Assembly (NCBI RefSeq): GCF_009914755.1
Contig: NC_060939.1
Strand: one strand, 5' to 3'
Length of the DNA: 64,000 nt
Source of the DNA: the human T2T-CHM13v2.0 reference genome, Homo sapiens
Numbering within the stretch: position 1 is the first letter of the stretch; each line of letters opens with the position of its first letter. A program made the position numbers and the translations under genes. This document shows, piece after piece, positions 1-15,816 of the stretch. The notes under the pieces are model-generated. The model saw only the letters and a list, made by a program, of their open reading frames with translations, had not been told where the DNA came from and searched no databases.

Positions 1-150
1 CACAACCAACCTATGAGATGAGTACTATTAATATGCCCAGTTCATAAAAGAAAGCTGATACACAGACAAGTAACTTGCCAAAGGCCACAAACCCGTAAGT
101 AGCAAAGCCAGGATGTGAACCCCCCCAAAAATCATATTCCAGAGCACTCT
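1..150 (+). mobile_element. MIR SINE fragment
   Basis: Degenerate MIR core: CCTATGAGATGAGTACTATTA...AAGTAACTTGCCAAAGGCCACA...AGCCAGGATGTGAACCC. Confidence 0.7.
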
Positions 151-199
151 GTTCTTCATACAGAGAGATATGACTATTATTTAGATCATTAATTTTTTA

Positions 200-1702
200 A
201 AAATCAAGGAGTGAAGTCAGCATAAATGATGGAAATAAAGACTAACAAAACTTCTGTTCTCCACAGAAACAAGGAGAAAGTTGGCAAAGATTATTAGAAT
301 CAACTTTTCCAGAACTCTAGAAATTGACCTCTAGAAATTGACCAAAGACTTGTAGCAACTCAAGAAGCATGTATTTAAGAAAACCAGCCAATTCTCAATA
401 AGAACAGTAAGCTTTGTGGCATTTTACCTTGATTCACTCTCATGCCTCACTTTCCTTTCCTGCAGTGGCCTTGAAAAATGACACCCCACATTCCTGGAGC
501 GGTACTGGAGCCACCAGAGTGAGCAGAATGAAGCTGTTTTTAAAGCCTCATTCCCAAAGATTTGTCCTTTCGGAACTGTCTCGTCAGACCTGTCTGGTAA
601 TACTCTGGAAGACTCCACATGCAAGATTGTCTGTATTTGACCTGACTTGGAGATTTACTGGTTTCTGGTATTTACAGAAATCTCTGTCCTATCCTTACTC
701 AACAACCAAGCTAACCAAATAGAGACTTCAGTTGCCACAAGTAACAAAGAGTACAGACTTTGTAGAATTAGTTCAAAAAAATTATTAAATATACAAAACA
801 GCTAAAAAATTGCAGCACCAACAATATACTCTGGGGAGGGAGATAATGATTTTAAGAGGTGTCACAATGTATTATTTTAAGTAGTCATCAACAGAAATTA
901 CAAGGCATGTAAAGAAACAAAGTATGGCTCTATAATAGGAAATTAAGCAACTAATAGAAACGGTTCCGAGAAAGTACAGACTTTAGTCTTACTAGAAAAT
1001 ACTTTAAAATTGGTTATTTTAAATGTGCTCCAAGAGCTAACAGAATGTGTGTCTAAACAACTGCAGTAAATTATGAAAACAATGTCTCACCAAATGCAAA
1101 TATTCACAAAGGGATCGAAATTACATATTTTTGAAAAATTTATAGAAATTCTGGAGTTAAAAAGTACAACTAAAATGAAAATTTCACTATAGGAGCTGAG
1201 CACAAAATTTGAAGAAGCAGAAGAGAGTATAGCAAACTTGAAGATAGGTCAATTGATATTATCTAGTTTGAAGAACAAGAAGAAAGAAAATGAACACAGC
1301 TTTGGAGGCCTTTGGGACATCAGCAACAAAGCAAGATGTAGATTAGAAGAACTTCAGAAAGAAGGGAGACAGAGAAAGGGATAGAAAGAATATTTGAAGA
1401 AATAACGAATCAAAACTTCCCAAACTTGATGGAAAACATCAATCTACATATCTAAGAAGCTCAACAAACTGCAAGTAGAGTAAACTCAAAGAGATACACA
1501 GTCAGACACATCATAATCAAACTGTTGAGAGAATCTTGAAAGCACGAGAGACAAGTCATGTTCAAGGATCCTCAGTAAGCTGATTTCTCACCATAAACCA
1601 CGGAGGCCAGAAGATACTGGATGACATATTCAAAGAGCTGACCAATGTCAACAAAGAATTCTATGTCCAGCAATATTATCCTTCAAAAATAAAGAAAAAA
1701 TT
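200..1702 (+). mobile_element. Ancient L1M (L1MC/MD-like) 5'UTR plus decayed ORF1, truncated at 1702
   Basis: 1190-1700 resembles decayed L1 ORF1 (AAGAAGCTCAACAAACT...AGACACATCATAATCAAACTG...GCTGATTTCTCA...GGAGGCCAGAAG...AGAATTCTATGTCCAGCAA). No open frame remains. Confidence 0.75.
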
Positions 1703-2420
1703 GGGACGCGGGGGCCCAGAGCTTTCGGGCAGGCCCAGCCATTGAAACCCGAGACGCGGGGAGGAGCTGTCGCTGCGCTCCGGGAGGAACGAGGGCGGCC
1801 CTGGGCCTGGCCAGAGCGGCTCCCCTTACCTGTGACTCAACAGGCGGCCTCAGCCTCCATCCTCGGGCTAGGCTGGCGCCGCGCCCCGCCCCGGAGGCTG
1901 TCCCTGTGCCCCTGGCGTCCTCCTCCCTCTCCCATTCCTCCCCAGGGGCTGCCCCCGTTCCCCGCTCCCCGGCCCCTTCCCCTCCCCCAGGGTCACCACC
2001 CAAGTCTTCCCAGCTACCAACCCCTGGCTCCCCAGAGAGTTTGCAAAGATTGTGGGCTCCACCTTCCCTCCTGATTCGCCACCCGCAGGAGAATTTACTA
2101 TTTCTCTTTCATTTGTGGGGAGAAGACACCGTTAACGCCCCCACCCCCCGCTCACACGCCCACCCTCGCCGGTGCCCCGGGCCTGAACGCGGCACATCTC
2201 AACCCCCTCCCACGCCCCTTCACACTTCTATTATTTCTGTTTCTTTGGACAAGAATCATTTGCGTTAATGATTTTTTTTTGAAAACGTTCAAGTTTCACT
2301 CCAGTAAGCTTCCTAGAAGGAAGGAGGAGGTGAGGGAGGAGAGAGAAGGAAGAGGAGGAGGAGGAGGCTTTGGCTGCAGCTGCGGCGAAGGCGGTTTTGG
2401 CGACTTTGGCGGCGAAAATT
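1703..2420 (-). promoter_or_regulatory. CpG-island-like promoter/first-exon region with minus-strand splice donor
   Basis: GC- and CpG-rich, with tandem GC boxes (CCCCGCCCC, ~1883-1892). Minus-strand donor CAG|GTAAGG (exon end 1830). Pyrimidine tract plus TAG acceptor-like site (exon start 2312). Confidence 0.65.
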
Positions 2421-2736
2421 TAGACAGTTGAAAAATAGGCCAAAGCACACTGAACCTGCAGGACATCCCGTAATCTTTTCTGCCCATTTCAAAGTCTTTC
2501 CCTGTCCTCACCCAACTATTACAGGCCGCTTTTGCTGAAACCTGACAATGTCATTTAGTAAATGTTCAGCTAGTATTCATTTGAAATAGAAATAACCAAC
2601 AGCAGGTAATTTCTTCTTGGCCTGTTTCTGCGTGTTATCCAAGGGGAGGTGGAATACAGTGGTGGTTTTAAAATGCCAGCAGCCTAGGAACCCAAAGGCC
2701 TCAGCAGCCTGGCACCTCCCCACCCCCCTGCGGCTC

Positions 2737-3247
2737 TTAGGGGCCGAAAGATTGAGGGTCGTGATCAACTCAGTATACCACTGGAGGCCACGTGAGTAAG
2801 CAGCAAACTGTTTCTCATGAGAGCAGGGTGTTGGCAAACTGACAACCTGTGTCTGCCGCCCAGAAGGACTGCTGAGGGCAGTCACCACCCAGGTGCAAGT
2901 GTTTAGGATTAGACACAACTGAAGCCTGTTAGTAATGAGAACTTGTGATAATCAAACAGCTGACCAGTCTTAGGGCCTCCTCCCTGCTCATTCTCCCAAT
3001 GAATGCGAAGGGCTGTGGAAGCTCGGGGGGCTGCCTTCGCTCACTAGAAGCAGGGAGCTCCCTTCTTCCCGGTTTCCCCTTCCTTTAAAACAGATTTTTT
3101 TAATCATTTCTACGTTTGTCCTTTCGTTCAGTCCTGTAATGACGGTCTCAAGTAGTAACAATAACTGTCGTAGTGACGGTCTCAAGTAGTAACGGTAATA
3201 ACTGTCATAGTGACGGTCTCAAGTAGTAATTGTGGCAGTCAGCCACA
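2737..3247 (+). mobile_element. ERV1 solo LTR (LTR21-like)
   Basis: GAAAGATTGAGGGTCGTGATCAACTCAGTATACCACTGGAGG...GTGGCAGTCAGCCACA, with an imperfect 5-bp TSD GGCTC/GGCAC. Family name is from memory. Confidence 0.6.
3140..3229 (+). repeat. 3x TGACGGTCTCAAGTAGTAA tandem array in LTR 3' end
   Basis: Exact 19-mer at 3140, 3174 and 3211, separated by related 15- and 18-nt linkers. Confidence 0.9.
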
Positions 3248-3392
3248 GGCACACAGGACTAAAGGTTCATTAATGTCTGCTGTAAAAATGTAGAATATAT
3301 TTCTTCAAGGTCTGAAGAAGTATACATTTTTTGATGTACGTTTTTGTCACATTTTTTAAAGTTCTCTTGTTTTTAAAAAATAACATGTATAG

Positions 3393-3683
<291 letters not shown>

Positions 3684-3749
3684 TTACATGTATAGTGAAC
3701 AGTTCCTTTAAAATACGTGTGTGTGTGTGTATACAGCATATATAAAGAA

Positions 3750-4770
<1,021 letters not shown>

Positions 4771-4860
4771 GGCCCCGAGAGGTGGCTCCCACCTGTAATC
4801 TCAACACTTTGGGAGGCCAAGGCAGAAAGCTCACTTGAGGCCAAGAGTTCAAGACCAGCC
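4771..4860 (+). mobile_element. AluJ 5' part (split by L1)
   Basis: Left monomer ending in AAGACCAGCC, resuming at 10892. Confidence 0.88.
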
Positions 4861-5765
4861 GGGGGAGGAGCCAAGATGGCCGAATAGGAACAGCTCTGGT
4901 CTACAGCTCCCAGCGTGAGCAACGCAGAAGACGGGTGATTTCTGCATTTCCATCTGAGGTACCGGGTTCATCTCACTAGGGAGTCCAGACAGTGGGTGCA
5001 GGCCAGTGGGTACGCGCACTGTGCGCCAGCCGACTCAGGGCGAGGCATTGCCTCACTCGGGAAGTAAAAGGGGTCAGGGAGTTCCCTTTCCTAGTCAAAG
5101 AAAGGGATGACGGACAGCACCTGGAAAATCGGGTCACTACCACCCGAATACTGTGCTTTTCCACGGGCTTAAAACACGGCGCACCAGTAGATTATAACCC
5201 GCACCTGGCTCGGAGGGTCCTACGCCCACGGAGTCTCGCTAATTGCTAGCACAGCAGTCTGAGATCAAACTGCAAGGCGGCAGCGAGGCTGGGGGAGGGG
5301 CGCCCGCCATTGCCCAGGCTTGCTTAGGTAAACAAAGCAGCCGGGAAGCTCGAACTGGGTGGAGCCCACCACAGCTCCAGGAGGCCTGCCTGCCTCTGTA
5401 GGCTCCACCTCTGGGGGCAGGGCACAGACAAACAAAAAGACAGCAGTAACCTCTGCAGACTTAAATGTCCCTGTCTGACAGCTTTGAAGAGAGCAGTGGT
5501 TCTCCCAGCACGCAGCTGGAGATCTGAGAACGGGCAGACTGCCTCCTCAAGTGGGTCCCTGACCCCTGACCCCCGAGCAGCCTAACTGGGAGGCACCCCC
5601 AAGTAGGGGCAGACTGACACCTCACATGACCCCGTACTCTAACAGACCTGCAGCTGAGGGTCCTGTCTGTTAGTTTTCCTTCTAACAAACAGAAAGGACA
5701 TCTACACCAAAAACCCATCTGTACATCACCATCATCAAAGACCAAAAGTAGATAAAACCACAAAG

Positions 5766-6779
5766 ATGGGGGAAAAAACAGAACAGAAAAACTGGAAACT
5801 CTAAAAAGCAGAGCACCTCTCCTCCTCCAAAGGAACGCAGTTCCTCACCAGCAACGGAACAAAGCTGGACGGAGAATGACTTTGACGAGCTGAAAGAAGA
5901 AGGCTTCAGATGATCAAATTACTCCGAGCTACAGGAGGACATTCAAACCAAAGGCAAAGAAGTTGAAAACTTTGAAAAAAATTTAGAAGAATGTATAACT
6001 AGAATAACCAATACAGAGAAGTGCTTAAAGGAGCTGATAGAGCTGAAAACCAAGGCCCGAGAACTACGTGAAGAATGCAGAAGCCTCAGGAGCCGATGCC
6101 ATCAACTGGAAGAAAGGGTATCAGTGATGGAAGATGAAATGAATGAAATGAAGCGAGAAGGGAAGTTTAGAGAAAAAAGAAAAAGAAACGAGCAAAGCCT
6201 CCAAGAAATATGGGACTATGTGAAAAGACCAAATCTACGTCTGATTGGTGTACCTGAAAGTGATGAGGAGAATGGAACCAAGTTGGAAAACACTCTGCAG
6301 GATATTATCCAGGAGAACTTCCCCAATCTAGCAAGGCAGGCCAACACTCAAATTCAGGAAATACAGAGAAATCCACAAAGATACTCCCTGAGAAGAGCAA
6401 CTCCAAGACACATAATTGTCAGATTCACCAAAGTTGAAATGAAGGAAAAAATGTTAAGGGCAGCCAGAGAGAAAGGTCAGGTTACCCTCAAAGGGAAGCC
6501 CATCAGACTAACAGCTGATCTCTCGGCAGAAACTCTACAAGCCGGAAGAGAGGGGGGCCAATATTCAACATTCTTAAAGAAAAGAATTTTCAACCCAGAA
6601 TTTCGTATCCAGCCAAACTAAGCTTCGTAAGTGAAGGAGAAATAAAATACTTTACAGACAAGCAAATGCTGAGAGATTTTGTCACCACCAGGCCTGCCCT
6701 AAAAGAGCTCCTGAAGGAAGCACTAAACATGGAAAGGAACGACTGGTACCAGCCGCTGCAAAATCATGCCAAAATGTAA
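5766..6779 (+). pseudogene. L1 ORF1p, disrupted
   Basis: Extra G after the ATG (ATGGGGGAAAAAA), CGA>TGA at ~5911 and further indels. The 6124-6621 fragment reads as ORF1p (EQSLQEIWDYVKRPNLRLIGVPE). Confidence 0.93.
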
Positions 6780-6842
6780 AGACCATCGAGACTAGGAAGA
6801 AACTGCATCAACTAACGAGCAAAATAACCAGCTATCATCATA

Positions 6843-10665
<3,823 letters not shown>

Positions 10666-10891
10666 ACAATGACAACACATGGACTCAGGAAGGGGAACAT
10701 CACACTCTGGGGACTGTTGTGGGGTGGGGGGAGGGGGGAGGGATAGCATTGGGAGATATACCTAATGCTAGATGACGAGTTAGTGGGTGCAGCACACCAG
10801 CATGGCACATGTATACATATGTAACTAACCTGCACATTGTGCACATGTACCCTAAAACTTAAAAGTATAATAATAAAAAATTTAAAAAAAA

Positions 10892-11118
<227 letters not shown>

Positions 11119-11632
11119 CTATTAGCTTCAGTATATACCAGTCTCATATCCAACCATTTTTAAGAGGTCCAGTAATTTTTAAAAATCAATGATCATAAAT
11201 ATTATAATCGGATTGTCTATAAATAAGCTGGATCACTAAGCCTTTCCCAAACCTACTCAGCCACTTAGCACTCACTTCTGACACGAAATTTACCCTCGGC
11301 CCCAATCAAGAAAAAAAGAAAAATGCCTCTTACATGTGTATACCGGAAAATACTGGCCCCTTGAAGGCCTGGTGCATGTTTTAGTGTGGCCCCTCTTCCA
11401 TTCCAAGAGGATATTAAGCTCTCTGCTGCACCCTCCATCTGGCCTCATTTGTCTACACAAGAATTTCCTCAGTGTTAAGAACACAAATGTTCCAGTCATT
11501 CCTAAGATATTTGTGAAATTTCAAAGAAAAATCCAGTATTTAAACAACAGGGCTAACAAGCTACTGGATTTTAACAAACAGAAAACTTCCCGCTTCAACA
11601 GTTGTTACTTTGCAGTCAAAGAGCTGTAGTCC

Positions 11633-11634
<2 letters not shown>

Positions 11635-11688
<54 letters not shown>
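11635..11688 (+). repeat. Pure A54 homopolymer
   Basis: 54 consecutive A with no adjoining Alu/L1 body and no TSD. Confidence 0.95.
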
Positions 11689-11691
<3 letters not shown>

Positions 11692-11777
11692 TTAGCAAAA
11701 ATCTAAAAGAAAAATGTAAGACAGAAGAAAAATAAAGACAAATCCTTCTACAAAATATAAGAATTATCACCTTGTGA

Positions 11778-12128
<351 letters not shown>

Positions 12129-12285
12129 TAAAACAGCCATTTTCAAAACTATTAATTCAAAATTCACAGGTGAAGTTGTAAATTCCATTATCTTCAATAT
12201 CAGTTTCCCATGGCATATTGAAGATGATACCAGCATACCAATTTCTTGATGGTTTTACAACCATTTTGAATGATTGTTTCTCGTC

Positions 12286-12457
12286 TTTTTTTTTTTTTCA
12301 TTTTTAGAGACAGGGGCTTGCCCTCTCATCCAGGCTGGAGTGGAGAGATCATAGCTCACTGCAGCCTTGACCTCCCAGGCTCAAGCGATCTTCTCCCATC
12401 AGCTGGGAGAAGCTCCTATGTAGCTGGGAATACAAGAGCATGCCACCATGCCTGGCT
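12286..12457 (-). mobile_element. FRAM / AluJ right monomer
   Basis: Single antisense monomer with J-type GATCATAGCTCACTGCAGCCTTGACC. Confidence 0.8.
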
Positions 12458-12474
12458 TCAAGTTTTTAATTTTA

Positions 12475-12764
12475 TTGATTCTCACTCTGTCGCCCAGGCT
12501 GGAGTGCAATGGCACAATCTTGGCTCACTGCAATGTCTGCCTCCTGGGCTCAAGCGATTCTCCTGCCTCAGCCTCCTGAGTAGCTGGGACTACAGGCACC
12601 TGCCACCACGCCTGAGTGTTTTTTTTTTTGTATTTTTTTTTTTTTGTAGAAATGGGGTTTCACCATGTTGGCCAGGCTGGTCTTAAACTCCTGACCTCAA
12701 GTGATCCACCTGCCTCAGCCTCCCAAAGTGCTAGGATCACAGGCATGAGCCACCGCACCCAGCC
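12475..12764 (-). mobile_element. AluSx lacking poly-A tail
   Basis: Perfect 17-bp TSD TCAAGTTTTTAATTTTA (12458-12474 / 12765-12781). Confidence 0.9.
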
Positions 12765-13140
12765 TCAAGTTTTTAATTTTAAAAGAAGTAAATGGTGTAA
12801 GCATTTGAGAAGCATCCTTTAGTATAAAGTTCAAAAACATGAATGTATAGTGTCCAATACCTCCAAGAAGATGAATTAGAGCTTTAGATTCCTAACCTAC
12901 CTGGGCACAGCAGCCAGATCCCACCTTGAACAACCAGCAAATTCACATCCCGGTTGGAGTGGTGGGGTGTGGGAGAATGTTCTTATCAAATTTTTAACAG
13001 ATTGTACTAGGAAAAAATTGTAAAATAATTGTAAAAAATTAGTGGTGCTAACTGCTTCTGTTAATTCCTAGTACACATCATAAAAAGTATAATTTTGAAA
13101 ACAAAAATGTTGGCCATGCCTCTTCATAATGCTCTTCTAA

Positions 13141-13345
13141 CTATTGTGAATAGTGCCACAATAAACATATGTGTGCATGTGTCTTTATAGCAGGATGATT
13201 TATAGTCCTTTGGGTATATACCCAGTAATGGGATGGCTGGGTCAAATGGTATTTCTAGTTCTAGATCCCTGAGGAATTGCCACACTGACTTCCACGATGG
13301 TTGAACTAGTTTACAGTCCCACCAACAGTGTAAAAGTGTTCCTAT
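13141..13345 (-). mobile_element. 205-bp internal L1PA ORF2 fragment (inverted copy of 10250-10450)
   Basis: Translates [15 protein letters not shown]...YKSSCYKDTC. Has no 3'UTR or poly-A. Confidence 0.93.
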
Positions 13346-13394
13346 CAGCAGCCATACCATGTCCCCTGTTAAGAGAAATATTCAAATGCAAGAT

Positions 13395-13650
13395 TTTGCA
13401 AATGACAGCTCACAGCCCCACTAAGCCCATTGCCCATTTTTGAACAGCCTGAGAGCTAAGAATAGTTTCTACACTTGCAAATAGCTGAAAAAATCCAAAG
13501 ACTATTTCATGACACATGGGCATTATATTAAATTCAAAATTCAGCATCCATAAATAATTATTGGAATGCAGTCACACCCATTCACTTACATATTATCTAT
13601 TGCTACTTTCACACTGCAACAGCCAAATTCCAACTGGCCCACAAAGCCTA
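13395..13650. mobile_element. MER58-like hAT-Charlie MITE remnant
   Basis: GAGCTAAGAATAGTTTCTACA...TTATTGGAATGCAGTCACACCCATTCACTTACATATTATCTAT...TGGCCCACAAAGCCTA. Confidence 0.65.
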
Positions 13651-13657
13651 CAACGTG

Positions 13658-13932
13658 GGCCAGGTGTAGTGGCTCACGCCTGTAATAACAGCACTTTAGG
13701 AGGCTGAGGCAAGCAGATCACTTGAGATCAGGAGTTTGAGACCAGCCTGGCCAACATGGTGAAACCCTGTCTCTACTAAAATTAGCCGGGAGTGGTGGCG
13801 TGCACCTGTAATCCCAGCTACTCAGGAGGCTGAGGCACGAGAATGGCTTGAACTGGGAGGCGGAGGTTGCAGTGAACCGAGATTACACCACTGCACTCCA
13901 GCCTGGGCCACAAAGTAAGACCCTGTCTCAAA
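13658..13932 (+). mobile_element. AluS (Sz/Sx-like), tail-less
   Basis: Alu dimer with a short linker, ending at TCTCAAA. Confidence 0.88.
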
Positions 13933-14627
13933 GACCCTCCTAAGAGGGTCACATCTTGCTCTCTTAATCCTAGAGTCAAATCTGATTACAAACATTTTCC
14001 TCTCTGGAATCCCGCTCGTAAAGAAGATCACTGTGCTCTCTGTTAAATAAAACAGCTCCATTTAGTTGCCTTATTCGTTCTCAGGCTTACTGTATTTTAT
14101 CGGCCTGAAGACTGTTTGACATCAATTTTTAGAGAGCGTTTGTTTTTACAAGGGAAAAAGAAATAAAAGTGCAGATGTTGAACCTCAAAATCCATACTTC
14201 TCGGAGCTATTTTCATTCCAGAAAGTAGGAATGTGCTGGGGGTTTCTTGTGTGGGGAGAGGGGAGATGAATGAATACAAAAATAGACATATCACTGTGAC
14301 TAAGTAAAATATTTTATGTCTGTTGTTTTTCCTATTAATTTCAAAATTAGAGAAAACTTTAGAACAAAAAAAAGTGAATTATGGGAAAGTGAAAACTCCA
14401 GGACACAATCCAGTTTAATTAAAATAGGAATAGCTCCTGTCAAATCAAAAAAAAAATGATGAAAATTTCAGCTTTGTTATCAGAAAAGTAGTATGGTTAA
14501 AGATGGGCAGTCTTTGCACTTAAGGAGTCTGCTTAAACACAAGTTCCCATCCCCAGACCTCATCAGTGAATGTTGATAGCAGAGTTGGACCCTAGCAGCA
14601 ACCAACTTTACAAATGTGGGCATTTCT

Positions 14628-14923
14628 GGCCGGGCGCGGTGGCTCATGCCTGTAATCACAGCACTTTGGGGGTTCGAGGCAGGTGGATCACGAGGTCAGG
14701 AGTTCCAAGACCAGCCTGGCCAAGAAGGTCAAACCTTGTCTCTACTAAAAACATACAAAATAGCCAGGCGTGGTGGCAGGTGCCTGTAACCCCAACTACT
14801 TGGGAGACTGAGGAAGAGAATTGCTTGAACCTGGCAGGCAGAGGTTGCAGTGAGCCGAGATCGCACCACTGCACTCCAGCCTGGGCGACAGAGAGAGACT
14901 ATGTCTCAAAAAAAAAAAAAAAA
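14628..14923 (+). mobile_element. AluSg-like
   Basis: GGATCACGAGGTCAGGAGTTC, poly-A and TSD core GGGCATTTCT. Confidence 0.88.
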
Positions 14924-15560
14924 GACACAAAACGGCTGTGATGGGGGGCATTTCTTAATGGCCCACTCTCTTCCTTTAACTGTGCAGGGGAAGCCAAGAC
15001 CCCATGATGCAACTAGGTAAGTGATAGGAGCCAGGAGAGCTGCTCACCAGAAGAGGTTGAGACCAAGTCCACAAGTGCCTCCAGGAATATGAGAAACTGG
15101 GTAACTTCCGTGAAATGAGGCGAAGTACAAAGCCCTCTGCATCCCACTCAACACAAGGTGGGCTCCAGCTTCTCAGGGCAGGGAGTGGGAGACCAGTGGG
15201 AGCAAATGGCACATCCCACCTGTCCTTGGCTATAAAGAAGCCTGCAGCCCACACCAGGAGCCAATTAAAGGGAATTGTACCTGGTTCAGAATCCCAGAAA
15301 GCCATCAAGTGGGGTCTAATCCCCTGGCATGATCCCAATTAAAAGGGAGCGCTATCAGGAGAACAATTCAGCAGATGGAGCCACGTGGTCCTGCTGTTAC
15401 ACTGAGCTCTCTAGAGGCCGAAGGGTGCTTGAGAGGCTCTGCCTGCTTCCCTGAAAGGAGTTTCTCCTCCCCAGACCTAGCTAGGGACAGAGAATTATGG
15501 CTCTTATTATACAGCTTTGGAAAAATAGTATTTTTAGCTTAAAAAAAGTTTTTAAGACTA

Positions 15561-15816
15561 TTTTGAGAGACAAGGTCTTGCTCTATCACCCAGGGTGGAG
15601 TGCAGAGGTGCAGTAATGGCTGACTGGGCTCAAGTGATCCTCCCGCCTCAGCCTCCCTGAGTAGCCAGGACTATGGGCACACACCACTTTAGAAATTTAA
15701 CTGACGCAGTCTTGCCATGTTGCCCAGGTTGATCGTGAACTCCTGGCCTCAAGCTATCCTCCCACCTTGGCCTCTCCAAATGGTGAAATTAAAGGTATAA
15801 GCCAATGCACCAGGCC
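15561..15816 (-). mobile_element. AluJ (degenerate)
   Basis: Antisense Alu with J-type motifs and internal deletions. Confidence 0.8.

Noticed and set aside
315-342. 14-bp tandem duplication CTCTAGAAATTGAC x2 (also small duplications at ~27390 and ~46835)
   Set aside because: Real, but ordinary slippage events with no sign of function.
1683-2268. 100-120 aa Pro/Gly/Arg-rich ORFs
   Set aside because: Expected stop-codon depletion in GC-rich DNA. They overlap on both strands, mostly have non-ATG starts and show no recognisable domain.
3140-3229. CRISPR-like 19-bp repeats with short spacers
   Set aside because: The spacers are similar to each other, there are no cas genes, and the array lies in the 3' end of a primate ERV LTR. 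It is an ordinary tandem repeat.
11200-11688. Processed pseudogene ending in the A54 tract
   Set aside because: No AATAAA upstream of the tract, no TSD and no coding similarity.
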